From contig CAJINV010000012.1 of assembly GCA_905178155.1 (NCBI GenBank), positions 491,271-555,270 of the forward strand: a stretch of DNA of 64,000 bases. The letters run 5' to 3'. Of the stretch, positions 57,775 to 64,000 are shown piece after piece (within the stretch, counting starts at the first letter, position 1; each line of letters begins with the position of its first letter). This DNA is from Amoebophrya sp. A120. Its lineage: Eukaryota; Protista; Dinoflagellata. A model generated the notes under the pieces. The model saw only the letters and a program-made list of their open reading frames with translations. It searched no databases and was not told the origin of the DNA. The translations under genes were made by a program, and so were the position numbers.

Positions 57775-60017
57775 CTATGCCAGTGGCTTCCCGCCGAGCA
57801 CCTTAATCTTTGACCTCCTACCCGGGTCCGCGCGCATGAAATGGACGGCCGATTTGATAATCAACTTCGTGATCAACGCGATCTTCTCTTTTGCCATGTA
57901 CATCAGTGCGGCTTGAAGGGCGGTTTTGACCTGATGGTTTGCGTTTTTTGTTTCGACGATTTCTTCTTGTGTTGCCTGCGGTTCGTGCAGGACAACATCT
58001 TCCACTTCCAGCAAGGTTCTCCTGTCCTTCTTGCTATCCACAAAAAATGCATGACAAGTTCGTTGTAATCTAAAACTAAAACTCAAAAATCTATACCAGA
58101 CTTGGTCCCAGCCCTCGGAAGTAAAACTGCAACACCGACTCCTCTTTCGGTACCAAACTTCTAGCACCAGAACTACTGCCTTTCTCCGGTGTTTTCGCTG
58201 GTGTTTTTACGGGAGAGGACTTGTTCGATGAGCCGCCCGTAGAGGTCGATTCTGTTGTCCCCTGCGTCTGCAGAATCGTCTTCAGCCTCACCAGCGGGTA
58301 GGTTAGTATCGTCGCGACGCACTTGGACAGGGCGCCGAGCAGAAACGCTTCTATCGGGGTGAGAAACTTCTGCCCGAGCTCCTTGGCGTCGATGATTTTG
58401 CCCTTCAAAATGTCGAAGACGGTATTCACGATTGCTGGGTTGAGGCAGAGGAGCATGTTGAAGCCAAGGCCGGAGTAGAGACCGGCAATGCCCTTCTCGG
58501 CGATCTGTGGTTGAGAAGTGGGCGTTTTGCAATTCTATGCAGTTCTGTTTAGTGTTTACAAGCATGGGAGAAAGAAATGAAACGCGAATGCTGGTCTTGC
58601 ATGACAAAAAGGTCGTGCTCATGTTGATTCAAAGACAAAAATACGATCGCTTTTGCAGCTTTCCGTATCCCGCCACCGGGTTCGCATTGCAGCCTCGTCG
58701 ACAGTACCTCGAGCGGCATCACACCTGATAGTTTGATCCACTTGTAGCTTGAGTCTACTGTTTCCTGGAATATCCGCACGACCGACGAGAGAGAGTCAAA
58801 AAAAAGAACAGTCTCATGCACGTACTCAATTACAAAAAAAGTTCATGTTGAACAGAAAACAAAAGCAAAACTCAAGTCCAATACAGAGCATGTTCGCCAC
58901 CCCGGCCCAGTAACCGACTTGCAAGTTCATCAGTGTGGTCATCTCCATTTCCCGGGCCTTTATTATCTTCACGAGAATTTCGTAGGCGTAGAAATACAGA
59001 TATCCACAGGATGAAATTTCCCGCACACGTACATATTGGGTCTCTGCATGACAAAACTGGGCTTCGATCCTGGTTTCGCATGACAAGTGTTGAGCCCCAA
59101 ATTGGCGAAATTTGTGACGCATTTTGTACATGTACAGGAAATTTGTATTGCATAACAGAAAGTTTTTCGACGCCGTCTCTATCGTCTTCGCCCCAAGCCC
59201 CCGGTACAGAGCGAGCGCACCTTCTTTTTCGGCCAAGATTTCGCGGAGGGCCTGTTGTGATAGGGATTTTATTTGGAAATATCGATGATTATCCTGATCC
59301 TTTCGAACTGCGTGATCCTGTCGAGGATCTTACCCATGTTGACACGACTTTCAGTTTCCAAATCGAACAGATGCAGCAAGTATTCTCGTCTACAAAAAAC
59401 AAAAACTATCAGAAATCCGTATAATTATACCCCGAGCGTGCTGGGACTTTTTGTCTTGCCCGCCTGGATGAGGGTTTTCAGGGTGTCCTATCCTGTTCAA
59501 AAGTATCGCACTCGTACAAATGCAAGTCTTGCATTTACAAATCTTGCATTACAAACCTTGTTCCCAAGGCAAATCTGCATTACAAATTTTATTTGTCCTG
59601 CTGAGAAAATTTGTAATGCATTTCTACGAGTACGATGCTTTTGCAATTCATATGTCCAACGGAAACAGCATAAACATGGACCACACGCCGCCGCCCGCCC
59701 CCGCGGTCGCCTGGATGAGCGCGGAGAGACTGGCATATGGCGTTCTCAAGTGTTACGCTCTCCACTGTATACGTGATTTGTCATGCAAAATGAGCATCAA
59801 CGTCCACACGCTGAAGCTACTTCGCATGACAAATTTTGGAAGGGCTAAACAGCATGGGAATCTGTGCCGAGTTTGTAGTGCAAGAGTTGCAAGATCCGGC
59901 CTCTCACTGTTGCCATTCTTGCATCACGAATTCATGTAACAGTTGAGAATGTAACAATTGAGAATCCCATATGGCATTCACCTGTCTTGGAGGCGCAGAA
60001 GAGGAGGAACTCGACAT
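57775..60017 (-). CDS. Mitochondrial-carrier-family protein of the peroxisomal adenine nucleotide carrier type (SLC25A17/ANT1/PNC-like); multi-exon
   Basis: ATG at 60017 (MSSSSSSAPPRQVNA-SLSALIQATAGAGGG). Three PX[DE]XX[KR]-type repeats (FPLDTLKT, MPLEVLSTR, YPLVRLKT). Also LYRGLG, NFLYFYAYE, LLCLNPAI and AFLLGALSKCVAT. Confidence 0.9.
59001..59154. mobile_element. TIR introner, family B
   Basis: TATCCACAGGATGAAATTTCCCG...CAGGAAATTTGTATTGCATA; direct repeat ACAGA/ACAGA. Confidence 0.9.
59489..59652. mobile_element. TIR introner, family A
   Basis: TATCCTGTTCAAAAGTATCGCACTCG...CGAGTACGATGCTTTTGCAATTCATA; direct repeat TGTCC/TGTCC. It splits the PLDTLK carrier signature. Confidence 0.9.
59736..59971. 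mobile_element. TIR introner, family C
   Basis: TATGGCGTTCTCAAGTGTTAC...GTAACAATTGAGAATCCCATA; direct repeat TGGCA/TGGCA. Confidence 0.9.
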
Positions 60018-60361
60018 CTTGGTGATTACGACGTAGCCCAAACTTTTGAGGATGGGCTGCTGATGCTCCTCAGAGGGCGGTAGCGCTACGCTTTTAGCAT
60101 TTCGTATTCTGCTGGAGATGCGGCGTTCGTTTGAGAGAGAGAAAGTGAAGAGCGCCCGAGGGTGGTACTAGTGCCTCTCAAGAAGTTCTTTACGCTGAAA
60201 ATCGGTTCTTCGATAAGCTCGACGACAATACAGATTTATCTGTTCGCGGTAGAAGAATAAGCTTGAAAACTCTAGTTTACTCGAAAAAAACAAATATTCT
60301 GTAGACTGCAACCGATTGGCAAGAAATCCGGAGAGGCCTGCTATACCGAGCCACTTGGTAT

Positions 60362-62218
60362 TTAGACAAGGAAAATCAAGGAAGTTCATCAAAAATCGAA
60401 CACCCCCCGGCCCGGGGCTCCCGGGGAATATAGTTGACTTCTGTGGGCCCCAACCATCTTGCATTTCTCCCCAGCGGAGCCCGCCCCGCCATGCGTTGTC
60501 GCTGGCAAGTGTGTCGCTTTTAGTTCTCACACCTGCGCATGTACTAGGCAAAACGCCCCCGACATTTGCTCTGCAGTCTTGCTCCGGTTCAAAGGCGCGC
60601 GCCTATGAGAGAACAACTCGAAGGGGTTTGAAGGTGGTGCGCGTTTAAAATGAGCCCCATTGTTCCGAAAACGTTCCCGGCCCCCGTTTCTTGTCCCGTC
60701 GCAGCGCGGAGCCCTTCTAGCCTGCCGCCTGAATCGCCCGCACAGCCCGGATAATGAAGAGCAGCGCCATCACATTCACCAGCAGAACCCCCCAGAGCGC
60801 CAGTAGCAAACCAACAGAGGCCCAGTTTTTGTCCCCGCCCCGGCCCGGCGGCCGGAGGTGCTGGGCAAAGACGTCGCCGAAAGTGCCGCGCGCCTGTCGG
60901 AAGTCGGCGGCGGGGCCGCCCACGATATCAGTGGCGTGGCCCGATGCGATGCACTTTGCGCGCGCGGCCTCCTCCCGATGGCCGGAGGCCGCCCGAACGT
61001 CTCGCCCCAGTCTGGGAAGTTTCCGGAAGAGGCAGAAGCGCGCGGCCTTGTGCCCGCCTTCGCTGCGACCGGGAGCTTTGCCCGGCGGCCGGGGCGGCGG
61101 CCGGTCCGAAGGGGGGCAGCTTGGCGAGCTCCGGCTTGGCTCCGAGGCCGCCGGCGTTCTTGTTTCGCAAAAGCGAAAAAAACTGCCTCCGCGGCCGCCG
61201 AGGGCCCCAGCCGGGCAGCCAAAGGGGCCCCCTTCTTTGCGAAAAAAAGCACCCCCAAAAAGCACCCCCCTTGGGAAGCCTTTCCCCCCCCTAAAACTGA
61301 AGAATTCCGCGCCCAAAAAAGTACCCCCCTGAAGCACCCCCCTGGGGGCCCCCCCCGGCTTCGCCTTCGGACAAGAATTCCTCCCGACCTGCTCTTCTCG
61401 CCTTCTTCGTTTTACTGCCTTCGCGCCCGCTATGTCTTAAAGACAATCACACCCCAAGACACCCACGGCCGAGGGCCTTCCGCAGACAGAATGTCGCGTC
61501 GCCTGTTCTTCGCAGCCAAGGCGGGCGCAAGGCCGCGCGCTTTTGCATCTGCCAAAAACTTCCGAGAACAGGAGACGGGACGGTCGGGGCGCCTCCGGCC
61601 ATCGGGTGGAGGCCGCATACGCAAAACGCATCGCACCGGCCCAGGCCACTGGTACCGCGGCCGGCCTTGCCGCCGATTTCCGACGGAGGCGCGGCGCTTT
61701 CGAGAGCGCATGTGCCCGCCGCGTCCGGCAACTGGGCCGGGGCTGGGACACAGGCTGGGCGGTTGCCCGTTTGCTCCTGGCGCTTTGGGTGGTTCTGCCG
61801 GTGAATGTACTGGCGCTGTTGTACATTCTTCGAGCTGCGCGAGAGATTCAAGTGGGAACGTGGAAGCGCTCTGCCCTGCGACAGGACAGAAAATAGGACC
61901 CGGCAACGCTTTCGGAACAATGGCGCTGATTTCGAAAGCGCGCCATCTTCGAACCCCTTCGAGCTGTTCTGTCATAGGCGTCCTCCTTTGAACCGGAGCA
62001 AGGCTGCAGAGCAAATGTTGGGATCGTGTCGGCTAGTAAATGCGCAGGCGTGAGAACTAGAAGCGACACGCATGCCAGCGGCATGGGATGGTGGGGCGGG
62101 CTCCGTTGGGGAGAAATGCAAGATGGTTGGGGCCCACACAAATCAACTATATTTCCCGGGAGCCCCGGGCCGGGGGGTGTTCGATTTTTGATGAACTTCC
62201 TTGATTTTCCTTGTCTAA
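60362..62218. mobile_element. Foldback-type non-autonomous TIR element (1857 bp, ~700-bp arms, 5-bp TSD GGTAT)
   Basis: TTAGACAAGGAAAATCAAGG...CCTTGATTTTCCTTGTCTAA. The outer 64 bp are a perfect inverted repeat and imperfect similarity continues to ~61070/~61510. GGTAT at 60357-60361 and 62219-62223. Confidence 0.92.
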
Positions 62219-63412
62219 GGTATGTACCGACATTGATATCGCAAGGTACTGCTCATCAACAGAGGACTTTCATGCAGCACCAGTGCAAAGAGGAGGCGGA
62301 CTGCGCTGCGCAGCTGTCAGAATCCGAGTGTTCACATGAAGATAAACCGCAGCAGACCGAAGCTAGTCCTAGTACTACCTGAACAAGATGCAAAAGTAGA
62401 GCTGTCGTCGTGGTTGCGGACATTTTTGCAGAGGCACCATGTTCCGGAATCTCGAGGACGGGCAGTGGGCCTAATATCCTGCGCAAATCTTCACCTCGGA
62501 AGAGGAGGAACTCGACATCTTGGCGATTACGACGTAAGTACTATTGCCGAGTTGTCGATTACCCTGTAGCTCGAATTTCCAGAGGATGACCTTCCTGATG
62601 CTCCTAAAAGGCAAAGGGCCTGTTTGGCGCTACGCTTCTAGCATCTACTGTTTTGGAGACCACTTCTGCGGCGTTCGTGTGACGAAGAAAACGTGAAGAT
62701 CTCCCGAGTCGTGTGGTACAACTTACTAGTGCCTCTCAAGAAGTCATTTAAGTTGAAAAACGGTCATTTTTCGATAGGCTCGACGACAATACAGGTTCAG
62801 TTGTTCATGGTAGAAGAATGAGCTTGATGTAGTTTTTAAAAACTCTAATTACTGAAAAAAACAGATATTTTGTAGACTGCAACCGATTGGCATTGGCAAG
62901 AAATCCGGACGAGAGGCCTGCTATACCGAGCCACTTGGAGGTATGTACCGACACTGATTTCGCAAGGTGGTACTGCTCATCAACAGACGAGTTTCATCAT
63001 TCAGCACCAGTGCAAGAGTCTTAGAGAGGAGGCGGACTGCGCATCTGGATCTGTCAGAATCCGAGTTGTCTTCACATAAAGATATTAAACCGCCACAGAC
63101 CGAAGCTAGTACTACCTGAGCGAGATGTCGCTGTGGTTGCGGATTACATTGTCGCAGTGGCACGATGTGCCGGAATCTTGAGGATGGGCGGTGGACCTAA
63201 AATCCTGGGCGAATCTTCACTGCTGGCCAACTTGTTCATCTTCAGCTATTTGCTAATGCTAGTTGCATCAATTGGGATTGTAAATCGAAATCACCGGTTA
63301 CTTTTCACAATGTGTTCTCTCTGGTACGGCTGGGGAGATTTCCTCACTCCGCACTCAGTAACGTCATTCAACTTTCCGGTGGTACTTCTACCACCATCTA
63401 CACCAAAGATCG

Positions 63413-63661
63413 TCGTCTTAAGGTCGGAACTGCGGCCCGCGGCCCAAGAAGAAGAAGTGGGAATCTAGAAATTAGAAATAAATGGGGCTTTTTCTCGTTT
63501 GCAGAAGCGGCCGCGCGGCGAAAGCGCGGCCCGCAGGGCCGCGCTTTCGCCGCGTGGGCCGCGGCGATGGTAGAAAAAGGTTGGCGGACCTTCGCGCTGA
63601 TTAGATTTTCGCGCACGCATTTGGTTACCAATATCGCCCTCCGGGCGCGACCTTAAGACGA
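63413..63661. mobile_element. 249-bp palindromic mini-element with 14-bp terminal inverted repeats and a central 19-bp hairpin
   Basis: TCGTCTTAAGGTCG (63413-63426) pairs with CGACCTTAAGACGA (63648-63661). Stem 63514-63532 pairs with 63536-63554 around a GCA loop. Confidence 0.65.
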
Positions 63662-64000
63662 AGGAAGATCCTCCGGGAGGCGCGGAAGAAGAGGAACTCG
63701 ACATCTTGGTGATTACGACGTAAGTACTATTCCCGAGTTGTCGAGGATCTGCCTGTAGCTGAAATTTCGGAGGATGAGCTTCCTGATGCTCCTCAAAGGC
63801 AAAGGGCCTGTTTAGAAGCGCTACAGTACTACTTCTAGCATCTACTGTTTATTATTATTTGGAGACCACTGCGGCATTCGTGTGACGAAGAAAACGTGAA
63901 GATCTCCCGAGTCGTGTGGTACAACTTACTAGTGCCTCTCAAGAAGTTTTTTAAGTTGAAAAACGGTCATCTTTCGATAGGCTCGACGACAATACAGGTT

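Larger units (their letters stand above)
59989..64000 (-). repeat. Triplicated ~650-720 bp block comprising the carrier gene's upstream region and first codons
   Basis: Copy 1 is 59989-60361 plus 62224-62497, copy 2 is ~62499-63220 and copy 3 is 63676 to beyond 64000. All share GAGGAACTCGACATCTTGG, CTAGTGCCTCTCAAGAAG and GCTCGACGACAATACAG. Confidence 0.85.

Noticed and set aside
278-59971. Recurrent repeats as a CRISPR array or bacterial REP elements
   Set aside because: They are dispersed paired TIRs with TSDs inside eukaryotic exons, with no repeat-spacer periodicity and no cas genes.
278-59971. Ciliate germline DNA with IESs
   Set aside because: Moderate GC content, standard stop-codon usage in multi-kb ORFs, introns over 100 bp and unidirectional genes fit a Syndiniales dinoflagellate better. 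DNA-level excision is kept only as a testable alternative.
38693-61991. 200-377 aa ORFs in the GC islands as possible transposases
   Set aside because: They are R/P/G/A-biased, open in many frames at once, and lack DDE, HUH or tyrosine-recombinase motifs.

Overview
This is eukaryotic genomic DNA read with the standard code, and every recognisable gene lies on the minus strand. The genes are repeatedly interrupted by 140-310 bp TAT...ATA terminal-inverted-repeat elements flanked by 5-bp direct repeats. I mapped 28 complete copies and 1 partial copy, in at least 7 families. For the 26 complete copies inside coding sequence, removing the element plus one repeat restores the reading frame. This architecture matches the non-canonical introner introns described for the parasitic dinoflagellate Amoebophrya; that attribution is from memory, not a search. 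In-silico removal reconstructs nine host genes: a ~4025-aa low-complexity protein with cold-shock-like and winged-helix-like domains, a ~515-aa unknown, a GNAT acetyltransferase, three coiled-coil proteins, an Nma111/HtrA-type protease, a peroxisomal adenine-nucleotide carrier and one partial gene. The window also holds an uninterrupted RTE-like non-LTR retrotransposon with an unusual domain set (cold-shock-like N-terminus behind an in-frame TAG, hydrophobic segment, APE, RT, C-terminal AP2-like domain). Other features are a 1.86-kb foldback element with a 5-bp TSD, a 1.2-kb insert between 40-bp direct repeats, a 249-bp hairpin element, GC-rich non-coding islands and a triplicated promoter/start-codon block.
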